Virus record (IMG/VR): IMGVR_UViG_3300046490_000039
Coordinates: 1-64,000 of that record
From: a virus
Lineage: Duplodnaviria; Caudoviricetes
Length of the DNA: 64,000 nt
Strand: one strand, 5' to 3'
Shown here: piece by piece, positions 36,991-47,057 of the stretch
Layout of the letters: the number at the start of each line of letters is the position of its first letter
Numbering within the stretch: the first letter of the stretch is position 1
The notes under the pieces: model-generated
What the model was told of the DNA's origin: nothing
What the model saw: only the letters and a program-made list of their open reading frames with translations
Database searches by the model: none
Made by a program: the position numbers and the translations under genes

Positions 36991-38856
36991 ATGATCATCA
37001 CCGAGAAGGTCTCCCCCAAGATCAACACCATTGAGGGCGAGAGCCAAGTGTTCCGTATCGCCACGAACGCCAAGGCGTTCCGTGTGCTGGTCGACGGCAT
37101 TTACTCGGACAAGATCGGCTCGATCGTCCGAGAGCTGCTGAGCAACGCCTGGGACGCACACGCTCGACGTGGCGACCTGGACCTGCCCTTTGAGGTCCGC
37201 CTCCCCAACGCCCTGAACCCGACCTTCTCGGTCCGTGACTACGGCTGCTCGATGGAGCACGAGTTCGTGCTGCGAAGCTACTCGACCCTGTTTGAGTCGA
37301 GCAAGGGTGACTCCAACACGGAGGTCGGTGCGTTCGGTCTGGGTGCCAAGTCGTTCCTGTCTTACACTGACGCCTGCACCCTGGTGTGCTGGCTCGACGG
37401 TGAGGTCCGCTCGTACTCGATCGCTCTCAACGATGACGCCGTGCCCGAGGTGAAGCTGGTGCACCGTGCACCGAGCGACGAGCCTCAGGGCGTGGAGGTC
37501 ACCTTCGCCGTAGCGCAGGGCGACTTCCAGTTGTTCCGTCGTGCCGCCGAGACCTGCTCCTACGGGTTCGACGTGCCGCCGAACTTCGTCGGCAACGAGA
37601 TCACCCCCCTGACCCCGGTGTTCACCGGCACCGGGTGGCGTGTCTACGACAGCCGGATCTCCAACATCGACTCGCAGGTGATCGTCCGTCAGGGCTGCGC
37701 CGTCTACCCGACGAACCGCTACAACTACAACACGAACCTCCCCCACAACTACGTGGTGGTCGTCGATGCGCCAATCGGCACCATCGGCGTGACCGCCAGC
37801 CGTGAGGCGCTCGCTCTCAGCCCCGAGCAGGGCGACCAGCTCCGCTACCGAGTGACGGCCGCCGTCCTGGAGCTGAACGGGCAGGTGCAGGAACAGTACC
37901 GTGCGCTCACCACCCCGATCGCCAAGGCCCGCTTCGCCTACGCCAACAGCTCGCTGCTCGGCCGTGGCGACTTCCCGACCTGGGTGAAGCTTCCGTTCTC
38001 GGTCAACAAGTGGGACGCCGGAGCGCTGGCACCGTACGACGTGTTCAACGTCTCGTACCTCGACAAGATCCTGGTCATCCACGATGACGGCACCCCGATC
38101 AAGCGCCGGACGCTTCGTCTCCGCTCGCTCGTGAAGCAGGGGCGCAAGAGCGTGTACCTGGTCACCAGCTCGGCTGAAGTGCAGAAGATCCGGACCCTAC
38201 TCGACCTGAGCGCTGGCCAGGTCGTCAAGATCGAAGCCATCCCCGACGTGCACGTGAACCGCAGTGGCGGTGGCACGGCCGCACCGAAGAAGGTCGTCAC
38301 GAACGACGTGGTGTGGGCCAACAGTAATCGCCAGGCAGCGTGGGCCGGAGAGGTCCTCACCTGGAACCGCAGGACCGAGCACGTCGGCCGCTTCTACGGG
38401 GCTTCGCTGGGCTGGACCAACAACGTGATCCACGAGGCGTCGAACGGCAAGCCGATCCTGTACCTGACCGTGAACGAGATGACCGCCGCACTCAAGGCCG
38501 GTCGGATCACCGAGGACATGCGCCTCGACAACGTGATCAAGCGGGCGCTCGGTGCCGCCAAGATGGAGGACACGCTCTACTCCAACTTGGTCCACACGAT
38601 GATCGGCAACCGGACCTATCAGCAGTTCGTCCGAGACGAGATGGTGAAGCGGTCGGGCGTCTCCCTGAAGCAGGAATCGCTCCCGGCAGCCGAACTCTTC
38701 GGCCGGTTCTTTCCCGAGCGCAGCCACGCCATCAACAAGCGGGCCGAGGACACGGTGCAGAAGTTGGCCGGTCAGTTCCCGCTTCTCTTCGGCTACGACC
38801 GCAACGCCGCCGAGGCCTACATCAAGATGTGCGATAAGACTGGACAGAAGGTCTAG
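36991..38856 (+). CDS. rIIA: rIIA-like protein (GHKL ATPase N-terminus)
   Basis: IYSDK..IVRELLSNAWDAH, VRDYG, S.K..SN..G.FGLGAKS, ASREAL; followed by rIIB. Confidence 0.85.
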   Translation: MIITEKVSPKINTIEGESQVFRIATNAKAFRVLVDGIYSDKIGSIVRELLSNAWDAHARRGDLDLPFEVRLPNALNPTFSVRDYGCSMEHEFVLRSYSTLFESSKGDSNTEVGAFGLGAKSFLSYTDACTLVCWLDGEVRSYSIALNDDAVPEVKLVHRAPSDEPQGVEVTFAVAQGDFQLFRRAAETCSYGFDVPPNFVGNEITPLTPVFTGTGWRVYDSRISNIDSQVIVRQGCAVYPTNRYNYNTNLPHNYVVVVDAPIGTIGVTASREALALSPEQGDQLRYRVTAAVLELNGQVQEQYRALTTPIAKARFAYANSSLLGRGDFPTWVKLPFSVNKWDAGALAPYDVFNVSYLDKILVIHDDGTPIKRRTLRLRSLVKQGRKSVYLVTSSAEVQKIRTLLDLSAGQVVKIEAIPDVHVNRSGGGTAAPKKVVTNDVVWANSNRQAAWAGEVLTWNRRTEHVGRFYGASLGWTNNVIHEASNGKPILYLTVNEMTAALKAGRITEDMRLDNVIKRALGAAKMEDTLYSNLVHTMIGNRTYQQFVRDEMVKRSGVSLKQESLPAAELFGRFFPERSHAINKRAEDTVQKLAGQFPLLFGYDRNAAEAYIKMCDKTGQKV

Positions 38857-38908
38857 TCCCGTGCTACAATCAAACCGCAAGCCCAACCCGACCCAGGAGG
38901 TCACCACC

Positions 38909-39988
38909 ATGTTCACTCCCTTCCCCTACAACCTCTCGGATACGAGCCTCACGTTCTACGTGGACGGCAAGCCGAATCAGGTCCTTCGGGACCACCCGTT
39001 CTTCGACGAGATCGTGGCCGCAGTAGAGGCCGGAGATCCCGAAGCCGTCGAGCTGGCCAAGCCCGCAGTCAAGATGGCCGCAGCCATCAACGGCGCTGTC
39101 AACGACAGTGACGCAACCAAGTGGTTCCGTCGAGCAGCCGGTGAGATCAAGGTGACCGAGTGGGGCGTGACCTTCAACGGTCAGTCGCTCCACGGGCACG
39201 TGGTCGACCGTCTCATGGACGTGCTCAAGTCCGGCCTGAACATCGCACCGTGGGTGCACTTCGTCGGCAAGCTTCAGCGGAACCCGTCGAGCACGAGCCG
39301 TGACGAGCTGTACCTGTGGCTGGAGAAGTCCGGCATGCCGATCACCCCTGACGGCGACTTCCTCGCCTACAAGCGGGTGCGCCCCAGCTACAAGGACATC
39401 CACTCGGGCAAGTTCGACAACTCGGTCGGCAACGTCGTCGAGATGTCCCGCCTGGACGTGGACGACGATCGCCGTCGCACCTGCTCGGCCGGTCTCCACT
39501 TCTGCTCCAAGGACTACCTGCCCAACTTCAGCAGCAGCGGTGACAGTGACCACGTGATGGTCGTCAAGATCAACCCCGCCGACGTGGTGTCGATCCCCGC
39601 CGACTACAACGACGCCAAGGGTCGCACCTGGCGCTACGAGGTGGTCGGTGAGATCAGCCTGGAGGATGCGGGCCTCAACGTGTGGGGTCCGGTCTCGTCC
39701 GACTACGGCAATGACGATCCCTACGACTGGGATGACTGGAACTACGGTGACCCCGGTGATCTCGACGACACCCTCGACGATGATGATCCCGCCGACCGCC
39801 AGACGATCGGTGAGGTGTTCGCCGCCTACGCCAAGAAGTTCGGCGTGACCGCCTCCAAGGAAGGCCCCGAGCGTGAGGTGCGCCTCCTGCGTGCACGCTA
39901 CGTGCTCGGTGTCGGCCCGAGCGGCCTGGCCTCGTTCTCTGACCTCACGATCAGCGAGGCTGACGCACTCGTTACCGCCTGGAGCTAG
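38909..39988 (+). CDS. rIIB: rIIB-like protein
   Basis: NPS....ELY.WL, PITPDG.FLAYKRV, D.HSG.FDNS.G, TCSAGLH, VKINPADVVSIP.DY. Confidence 0.88.
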   Translation: MFTPFPYNLSDTSLTFYVDGKPNQVLRDHPFFDEIVAAVEAGDPEAVELAKPAVKMAAAINGAVNDSDATKWFRRAAGEIKVTEWGVTFNGQSLHGHVVDRLMDVLKSGLNIAPWVHFVGKLQRNPSSTSRDELYLWLEKSGMPITPDGDFLAYKRVRPSYKDIHSGKFDNSVGNVVEMSRLDVDDDRRRTCSAGLHFCSKDYLPNFSSSGDSDHVMVVKINPADVVSIPADYNDAKGRTWRYEVVGEISLEDAGLNVWGPVSSDYGNDDPYDWDDWNYGDPGDLDDTLDDDDPADRQTIGEVFAAYAKKFGVTASKEGPEREVRLLRARYVLGVGPSGLASFSDLTISEADALVTAWS

Positions 39989-39999
39989 TCTTCAGGGAC

Positions 40000-40031
40000 G
40001 CCCGTACCAGGAGTGGTGGCCTGGTACGGGC
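40000..40031 (+). terminator. Strong hairpin after rIIB
   Basis: GCCCGTACCAGG/CCTGGTACGGGC 12-bp perfect stem. Confidence 0.6.
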
Positions 40032-40139
40032 CTCGCGCAGTTTCCAGCAGCGGAAGCGGGAGAGGCTAGCACAACGACCAAGGGGAAGTGGAGCCGTAGG
40101 GGTTGTCATTGGATCGTAATGTCGCTAGGCTCTCTACCT

Positions 40140-40724
40140 ATGAATCTGAAGAAGTCTCTTGCCGCCGTCGCTCTCATGCTGACGGTCACCCTCTCGGCTT
40201 GCACGCCCCAGCAGATTGCCTCGTACCTCTACCGCCCAACGGCAACCGCTGTAGCGTCCCCCAGCACTCGATCCCGCATCAATGGCCTCGTGTATAGCGA
40301 AGGGGACTCAGCGCCCGCCAGACAGGCGTACAGGGCCGTTGCAGCGGCTCGTGGATGGTCTGCTACTGCCATTCGGCAGTGGGAGCCGTTCGTCATCGCC
40401 GTAGCCGGTCGTGAATCGCACTACTGCTACAACGTGAAGCGTGGCGCAGTGCTCGCCCAGGCGCACGGTTGCGTGCTCGCTCGACAGGGCTGGGGTTCCG
40501 ACTCCGGCTTCGGTCAAGTGATCTACGTGAACTACTCGCCCAGCGCACCGCTCTGTACGATCGACCACCTGTGCAGCTCGCAGGCGATCGTCGGTACGCC
40601 GTGGAACTCGATGGTGGCGCTGGTAGCGTTGGTCGAGCGCAACGGGGCACACCCGTGGTGCTACACCTGGAGCCTGCAACACGGTGGTGTCTGCCTGCTC
40701 GCCCCCTGGGGCAAACCGAAATGA
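40140..40724 (+). CDS. Lipoprotein with a lytic-transglycosylase/lysozyme-like domain
   Basis: Signal peptide with LSAC lipobox; RES (Glu) and DSGFGQ motifs; C-terminal PW. Confidence 0.6.
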   Translation: MNLKKSLAAVALMLTVTLSACTPQQIASYLYRPTATAVASPSTRSRINGLVYSEGDSAPARQAYRAVAAARGWSATAIRQWEPFVIAVAGRESHYCYNVKRGAVLAQAHGCVLARQGWGSDSGFGQVIYVNYSPSAPLCTIDHLCSSQAIVGTPWNSMVALVALVERNGAHPWCYTWSLQHGGVCLLAPWGKPK

Positions 40725-40784
40725 CTTGACAGACTGCACTGACCTGTAGTAGGGTTACACCCAAAGACCACGAAAGGACAACCC

Positions 40785-41006
40785 ATGGAACGGGAAGAGT
40801 ACGACTACCTGGAGCTGACGGATACCGCCAACAGCTCGTGGGAGGACGGCTACCAGACGGGGAAGGACGAGGTACTCGGCAGCTTGCTCGCTGAGGCTGA
40901 GATCCTCCTCGTACAGATCGACACCGCCGACCTTCCCCCGGAAGTGGCGGAGCTGGTCGAGCTGATCCAGCGATGGGTCATCATCACCGAACGGGAGGAA
41001 GCATGA
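40785..41006 (+). CDS. Small acidic hypothetical protein
   Basis: SD GAAAGGA; upstream TTGACA..TAGGGT promoter. Confidence 0.6.
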   Translation: MEREEYDYLELTDTANSSWEDGYQTGKDEVLGSLLAEAEILLVQIDTADLPPEVAELVELIQRWVIITEREEA

Positions 41007-41566
41007 CCCGCCCGGCCGTCGTCATCTGGGACGAGGACAACGTGCTCTTCCAGTGGACCCGCCAGTTCAACATCTTCACCGGCCACGATGCCGACGAGGT
41101 GTGGACCTCCTGGAGCCACTACAAGATGTGGGGCTGGACGACGCCCGAGTTTCTCGCTCGGCTGGAAGAGTTCTCCGACGCTGGCGGCTACGCTCAGGGC
41201 GAGCCACACTGGGACGGCATCATTGCGCTCGGTGGTCTCAACGCACACAAGCGCATCGGCAACGTCTCGATCACGGCCAAGCCGAACCAACGTGGGTTCG
41301 ACGACGCCGGTCATTGGCTCGGTTCGTTCGGGATCGTCATCCCCCGAATCATGTCCGACGACAAGACCATCCTGGCCAACGCCTACGGTGACAGCCGTCG
41401 AGTGTTCGGGATTGATGACAACGTGGATCACGTCGAGGCGATGCTCGCCGCTGGCATGGACGCCTACTTGCGGGACCAACCGTGGAACCGCTACGCCGAA
41501 CACCTGCCGAGAGTGGACGACGCTCTCGACTTCACTGCAATCGTCTACGACTACGTGGAAGGCTGA
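41003..41566 (+). CDS. HAD-family 5'(3')-nucleotidase-like protein
   Basis: WDEDNV, ITAK, K, IDDN, QPWN. Confidence 0.75.
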   Translation: MTRPAVVIWDEDNVLFQWTRQFNIFTGHDADEVWTSWSHYKMWGWTTPEFLARLEEFSDAGGYAQGEPHWDGIIALGGLNAHKRIGNVSITAKPNQRGFDDAGHWLGSFGIVIPRIMSDDKTILANAYGDSRRVFGIDDNVDHVEAMLAAGMDAYLRDQPWNRYAEHLPRVDDALDFTAIVYDYVEG

Positions 41567-41570
41567 CACC

Positions 41571-42469
41571 ATGAGAAACCCATACCCCGCACACGGTACC
41601 CGTGCACGCACCCGAGCCTTCGGTTGCTCGTGCGTAGCGTGCTCCCGCCGAACCGGCGCAGTCGATGACAGCTACGAGCTACGGTGGCCGTACGCACCCC
41701 TACAGAAGCACGTGGGGGCCGATCGGATGGAGTCGTGGTACGAGACTGACCAGATCAAGGACTGGCGTGCAGAGGGCCTCACTGACGCCGAGGCGGACCT
41801 CGTGGCCGTGCACTTCGGTGTGCTGCCCTACGAGATCTGGGGAGGCTATCTGGAAGCGGGCCTTGACTACAAGGACGTGAACCTTGCACGAGTGGACTGA
41901 CGCAGAGAAGACCGTCATCTCCGAGCTGGAGAGCGATCTCGGCACCGCTGAAATGGGAGCGGTGCTCTCTGAGTGGGTAGCCGCCAACGTTCACCGAGTG
42001 TTCGCTGCGACCGCCGTGCTCGGTGCGTGGCGTTCGCAACTGCTGCTGCACGGTTACCCTGAGACGGTAGCTGACTCATCGCTCGCCCTGATCATGGACC
42101 GGCTCTGGCCATCCAAGAATTCGGGGCACGGGTTGCCGTTGGACGATCTTCTTGATAGAGTGTCCGATCAGGTCACGCGCATCATTCTGGACGACGCCGA
42201 GGATTGGGACGACGATGAAACCGAAGATTGACAAGAGCCTCCCAAGTCCGCTAGAGGTTGGCATCCTCGTGCGCCTTCGCCCCGGCCACGCCGACAACGG
42301 TTCGTACGTGCTGATGGCCGTCGAGCCTGCGCCCGATGGATCGCTCAACATCTACGGTGGGGACGTGGACCCTAACGGGCACCGCCGCTACCGTGCCGTC
42401 ATGCCCGACCGTCTTCAGATCGAGGACCGCCGAGAGGTGCTGGCCAAGCGCAAACGGCAGGACGCATGA
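41571..42469 (+). CDS. Three hypothetical genes (41571-41900 with HGT..GCxCxxC motif, 41884-42231, 42215-42469)
   Basis: Overlapping ORFs upstream of the polymerase. Confidence 0.6.
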
Positions 42470-44274
42470 AGTTCGACCCCACTCAAGTGTCGGTCGGGTT
42501 CGTCGAAACGCTCGACGACGCTAGCACCTTCTGGAGCTGGGTGCAAGCTGGCCACAAGGTGGTCGGCTTCGACATCGAGACCGATGGTCTCGACTGGTAC
42601 GACGGAAAGATCCGGCTCGTGCAGTTCGGTACCCTCACCGAGGGCTGGGCTATCCCGTACGACCAGTGGGCGGGACTGGTGCGCCAGACGCTCGACTACC
42701 TCAAGGAACAGGGCACGATCATCGTTGGCCACAACGTCGGCGGCTTCGACCTCACGTGGGCACGGCACCACACCGGCTTCATTCCCGACTGGTCGAAGGT
42801 CCACGACACGATGATCGCCGCCGCCCTTCTCGACTCTGCCGGGAGTCGAGCGCTCAAGAACCTCTCCACGGTCTACGTGCACCCCGTGGCAGCGATGGGG
42901 CAGAAGGCGCTCAAGGAAGACATGAAGATGGGCGGATGGGACTGGGCCACCGTGCCCGTACGTCTCCCCTCCTACTGGACCTACGGCGTACTGGATACGA
43001 TCCTGACCGTCAACCTCTTCCACACTCTGATGCCGCTGCTCGCTCAGTACGATCTCCTCCGGGCCTACGAGACCGAGCGCCACGTCGAGAAGATTCTGCA
43101 CAACGTGTCCTACGTTGGGATTCAGACGGACCTGGAGCACTGCCGCACGCAACGGGACACGCTACTCGCTCGGTGCGAGCAGATCCAAGAGCAGGTGCAG
43201 GCCGAGTACGGTCTCGACAACATCGGCTCAGGACCGCAGCTCGCACGGGCGTTTGAGGGTACGGGCGTGATCCTCACCGAGCGCACGCCATCCGGCAACG
43301 GGTGGTCGATGTCGGCCGACTCGCTGGAGATCATCGCAGCGCTGAACGGCGATCACCCACTCGTGAAGCTCGTGACCGAGTACCGCAAGGGCCAGAAGTA
43401 CGCCAACACGTACTACGAGAACGTGCTCAAGTTCACCCGCTCGGACGGTCGGTGTCACCCGTCCTACCGGCAGGTGCAGGCCCGCACGCTCCGCATGTCC
43501 GCCAACGACCCGCCCATCCAGACCTGGCCACGAGTCAACAACGACGGTACCAACGCCGAGCCTCGCAACGCCTTTGTGGCATCGCCGGGCAAGTCGTACA
43601 TCTCCGCCGACTTCAGTAACATCGAGGCTCGGGTGTTCGCCATCCTGGCCAACGACATCGGCATGCTGGAGGCGTTCATCAAGGGTATCGACCTGCACTG
43701 CTACACGGGTGGGGTCATGTACGAGGGTGGCAAGATCCTGGACAAGCACGACCCCCGCCGACAGCTCTCAAAGTCCAGTCTCTTCCTCACCCTGTTCGGT
43801 GGGGGTGCGGGTAAGCTCGCCGTGACCGCTGGCATTTCGACCGACGAGGCCGAGCACACGCTGAAGCTGCTCAAGGCAGCCTTCCCGACGATTCCCGAAT
43901 ACTCTCGGCAGATGCAACGGGAAGCTGGCGACATGGAGCTGGCCACTGGACGCTCCGGCGTTCGGCTCGCTGACGGGCGCATCCTCCGGATGGCCGAGGA
44001 CGACGATCGCTTCTACGCCTACGTCAACTACAGCGTGCAGGGCACCGCCCGCATGATCCTCGCACAGCGGCTCATCGCTCTCGACAACGCCGGTCTGGCC
44101 GACATGATCGTGGCCGTGATCCATGATGAAGTAATCCTGGAGGTACCTGACGAGGATGTGGACGACGTGCGTGCTAAACTCAAGGACTACCTGGAGGACT
44201 ACGAGTCGTTTGGGATTCCGATCCTGGCCTCCGTTGGCCAGCCCGCTAAGCGCCTAGGAGAGGCAGACCACTGA
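42466..44274 (+). CDS. polA: Family A DNA polymerase with 3'-5' exonuclease
   Basis: FDIETDG, HN..FD, DTM; motif A ADFSNIEAR, motif B R...K...F...FG, motif C IHDE. Confidence 0.95.
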   Translation: MKFDPTQVSVGFVETLDDASTFWSWVQAGHKVVGFDIETDGLDWYDGKIRLVQFGTLTEGWAIPYDQWAGLVRQTLDYLKEQGTIIVGHNVGGFDLTWARHHTGFIPDWSKVHDTMIAAALLDSAGSRALKNLSTVYVHPVAAMGQKALKEDMKMGGWDWATVPVRLPSYWTYGVLDTILTVNLFHTLMPLLAQYDLLRAYETERHVEKILHNVSYVGIQTDLEHCRTQRDTLLARCEQIQEQVQAEYGLDNIGSGPQLARAFEGTGVILTERTPSGNGWSMSADSLEIIAALNGDHPLVKLVTEYRKGQKYANTYYENVLKFTRSDGRCHPSYRQVQARTLRMSANDPPIQTWPRVNNDGTNAEPRNAFVASPGKSYISADFSNIEARVFAILANDIGMLEAFIKGIDLHCYTGGVMYEGGKILDKHDPRRQLSKSSLFLTLFGGGAGKLAVTAGISTDEAEHTLKLLKAAFPTIPEYSRQMQREAGDMELATGRSGVRLADGRILRMAEDDDRFYAYVNYSVQGTARMILAQRLIALDNAGLADMIVAVIHDEVILEVPDEDVDDVRAKLKDYLEDYESFGIPILASVGQPAKRLGEADH

Positions 44275-44615
44275 TGGACAGCATCCTGAACGTGAAAGTA
44301 GAAGACGTGGTGAAGTACACGGCGGGAAACGCTAGCTCGTTCTTCCGTCCGAAGGACCTCCCACCACACTACGATGATGATGATCCGTACGGCACGGTGG
44401 TGGAGGTGGGCAAGACGGTGATTCCCTCCGTGAAAGTGCGCTGGCTCCACGACAATAGTGAGACGTGGGTGTTCCGTTCCTCGCTCCAGATCTCTTCGGA
44501 GCGCAACCGTCAATCTGATCTCGGGTGGGCACGGTCCTACTACCGAGACCAGATCCGAGATGCTCAACGGCAGATAGAGTACGCCACCGATCGACTCAGG
44601 GATCTGCCATGCTGA
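44274..44615 (+). CDS. Hypothetical protein
   Basis: Coupled to the polA stop. Confidence 0.55.
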   Translation: MDSILNVKVEDVVKYTAGNASSFFRPKDLPPHYDDDDPYGTVVEVGKTVIPSVKVRWLHDNSETWVFRSSLQISSERNRQSDLGWARSYYRDQIRDAQRQIEYATDRLRDLPC

Positions 44616-44802
44616 TGATCCAAGCCGACCCCTTCCCCGGCCGCTGCAAGAACCTGCGACCGGCAGGCTACGAGATGCTGCGCTGCCTTGAGTCCGAGCT
44701 AGTCCGTCACGTGTGCCGGTTTCCTGAACAGCCGATCAGGATTCAGGGCAGTGGCTCCATCACGACGACGCCCATGAGCGTGAAGCCCTGGGTGGTCCCG
44801 AA

Positions 44803-45225
44803 ATGATCGTCGGCATCGACCCCGGCAAGGCGACCGGCGTGGCCGTCTGGATCGACGGGTACATTGACAGCGAGCTGACGGGCGAGTACACTCCCGCCGA
44901 GCTGTACCAATTTCTTGAAGAGTGGTCCGACGAGATCGAGCACGCCCAGGTCGAGTGGTTCACCATCTCCGCCCGCACGCTCAAGACCGACATCGACTAC
45001 CACGCCCTGCACCTGATCGGTGCCGTCCAGCTCATGTCGTGGAAGCACCACTTTCACCTCGGCTACACGAACCCCGGCGATGTCAAGGACCAGTTTCCTG
45101 ACAAGGCGCTGCGCCAAGCTGGTATGTGGCACACGTCCGACCACGCCCGAGATGCGCTCCGCCACCTCTGCTACTACCTCGTGCACGAGGGCGATCTCTC
45201 GCCCCGGTTGTTCCTCCTGGACTGA
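44803..45225 (+). CDS. RuvC-like Holliday junction resolvase
   Basis: IVGIDPGKATG, VE.F, HARDALRH. Confidence 0.8.
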   Translation: MIVGIDPGKATGVAVWIDGYIDSELTGEYTPAELYQFLEEWSDEIEHAQVEWFTISARTLKTDIDYHALHLIGAVQLMSWKHHFHLGYTNPGDVKDQFPDKALRQAGMWHTSDHARDALRHLCYYLVHEGDLSPRLFLLD

Positions 45226-45278
45226 CCGAACCCTCCGAACCCCTGTTACCCTGGAGCTACATTGACCTGGAGAACCGT

Positions 45279-47057
45279 ATGGACCTGCTGGACGAGCTTA
45301 TGAGCACGCCCCCGTTGACGATCGACTACAACCCGGAGACGCCCGACATCTTTCGACTCTACGGGGCCACCCAGGCCCACCAGATCGGTCTCCTGTCCGT
45401 CCCCGGCTGCTACTTCGCAGCGAAGGGTAAGAACTACTGGACCGTTCCGGTGCGCTACGCCCAGGTGGTGGCTGTCGGTGGGCAGTACCAACTCAACTGG
45501 ACCGACGCCGCTGTCGCACGCTTCACACCGATCATGGAGACCGTACAGGCCTGTGTGAGGCTTCGCAACGAGGGACTCACCCCGGAAGAGGAAGAGCACC
45601 TCAAGTCGCTCCTGTCTCGGTACGGCATCACCCCGAAGCAGGGGCAGGCGGCCTCCATGGTGCAGCTCGCTACGGCTGGCGGCGCATCGCTGTTCTCGGA
45701 CATGGGGTCCGGCAAGACCATCGTGGTAGCCGGAGCGCTGAAGCTTTACGGCATCAAGACCGCCCTCATCGTGTGCCCGCCGTCCGTCATCTACAACTGG
45801 CGCACCGAACTTCGACGGTTCGGCATCGAGGCGTGCGTCATCGACGGCACGCCCGCCCAGAAGCAGAAGATCATGGACAACCTCGACCTGGGGGTCACGC
45901 CCGTCGTCGTGTGCACCTACGGCACCGCCAAGAAACTGACGAGGCTCGCCCGCTATGGTGCGACGGCGCTGAAGCGCTGCAACGCCTGTGGCGGACACCA
46001 CGACATCCCCGAGGCAAAGTGCGAGGTGCACGAGCGGTTCCTGAACACGATCGACTGGGAGGCCGTCGTCATCGACGAGGCCCACCGCATCCGTGACCCT
46101 CACACCGCCAACACCCGAGCGGTATGGCACCTCACCGAGGGTCGACCCTACCGTTGGTTTCTCACCGGCACGCCGATAGAATCGAACGCCAAGGAATTCT
46201 GGTCCGTGCTTCACGCCATGGACCCTATCGAGCACCCGTCATCGAGCAAGTTCCAGGACCGGTACCTCGATACCGTCGAGACGTTCTTCGGTGGCACCGA
46301 GATCCGTGGACTGAAGCCCCACGCCAAGGCAGAGTTTGAGGCGATCACGCAGTGGCGCTGGAGGCGAGACCTGAAGGTTGGCATGCCGGAGACGGTCTAC
46401 GAGGTTCGCACCACGCAGCTTCGTCCGGCAGCGCACAAGGCCTACAACCAGATGGAGCGTCAGCTCATGGCCGAGGTGGGCCTGGAAGGCTCGACCGACA
46501 CCACCGTCCTACTCGCCCAGAATCATATGGTCAAGTACGGCCGACTCATGCAGATGGCCAACGCCACGTGTGAGATCACGGCGACCGGCGACGTGATCAT
46601 GGCCGACCCGAGCGACAAGCTGGACCTCTTCATGGACACGCTGGAGGACCATCCTGAGCCGATCATCGCATGGTTCGCTTCCCTGAAGCTACTGAAGCTC
46701 GCTACAGCCCGTCTCGACAAGGCAGGGGTACGGTACGTCGTAATTCACGGCGAGACCTCCCCTAAGGCACGAGAGGCGGCTGTGACGGCCTTCCAGAGCG
46801 GTGACGTTGATCTGATCCTACTCAATCCGGCTGCCGGTGGCGAGGGGATCACCCTCACCCGTGCCCGTGTCTCGATCTGGGTCATGCGTCCGGCGAGCAG
46901 CATCCAGAACAGTCAGGCCGACGAGCGCAACAACCGCTACGGTGTCGAGCACGACGAGCTACTGGTCATCGACCTGATCGTGGAGGGAACCATCGAGGAA
47001 CAAGCGCTAGATCGACTGGCCGAGAAGAAGGCCGCCAAGGCCGAGGTGGTAGGTTGA
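45279..47057 (+). CDS. SNF2-like (SF2) helicase
   Basis: DMGSGKT, LIVCP, IDEAH, LTGTP, GGEGITL, QA.ER..R.G. Confidence 0.92.
   Translation: MDLLDELMSTPPLTIDYNPETPDIFRLYGATQAHQIGLLSVPGCYFAAKGKNYWTVPVRYAQVVAVGGQYQLNWTDAAVARFTPIMETVQACVRLRNEGLTPEEEEHLKSLLSRYGITPKQGQAASMVQLATAGGASLFSDMGSGKTIVVAGALKLYGIKTALIVCPPSVIYNWRTELRRFGIEACVIDGTPAQKQKIMDNLDLGVTPVVVCTYGTAKKLTRLARYGATALKRCNACGGHHDIPEAKCEVHERFLNTIDWEAVVIDEAHRIRDPHTANTRAVWHLTEGRPYRWFLTGTPIESNAKEFWSVLHAMDPIEHPSSSKFQDRYLDTVETFFGGTEIRGLKPHAKAEFEAITQWRWRRDLKVGMPETVYEVRTTQLRPAAHKAYNQMERQLMAEVGLEGSTDTTVLLAQNHMVKYGRLMQMANATCEITATGDVIMADPSDKLDLFMDTLEDHPEPIIAWFASLKLLKLATARLDKAGVRYVVIHGETSPKAREAAVTAFQSGDVDLILLNPAAGGEGITLTRARVSIWVMRPASSIQNSQADERNNRYGVEHDELLVIDLIVEGTIEEQALDRLAEKKAAKAEVVG

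Noticed and set aside
36823-38082. Long antisense ORFs (also 45246-46235, 23431-24456, 48687-49544 and similar)
   Set aside because: These are shadow frames of high-GC genes whose clear family motifs are in another frame or strand.
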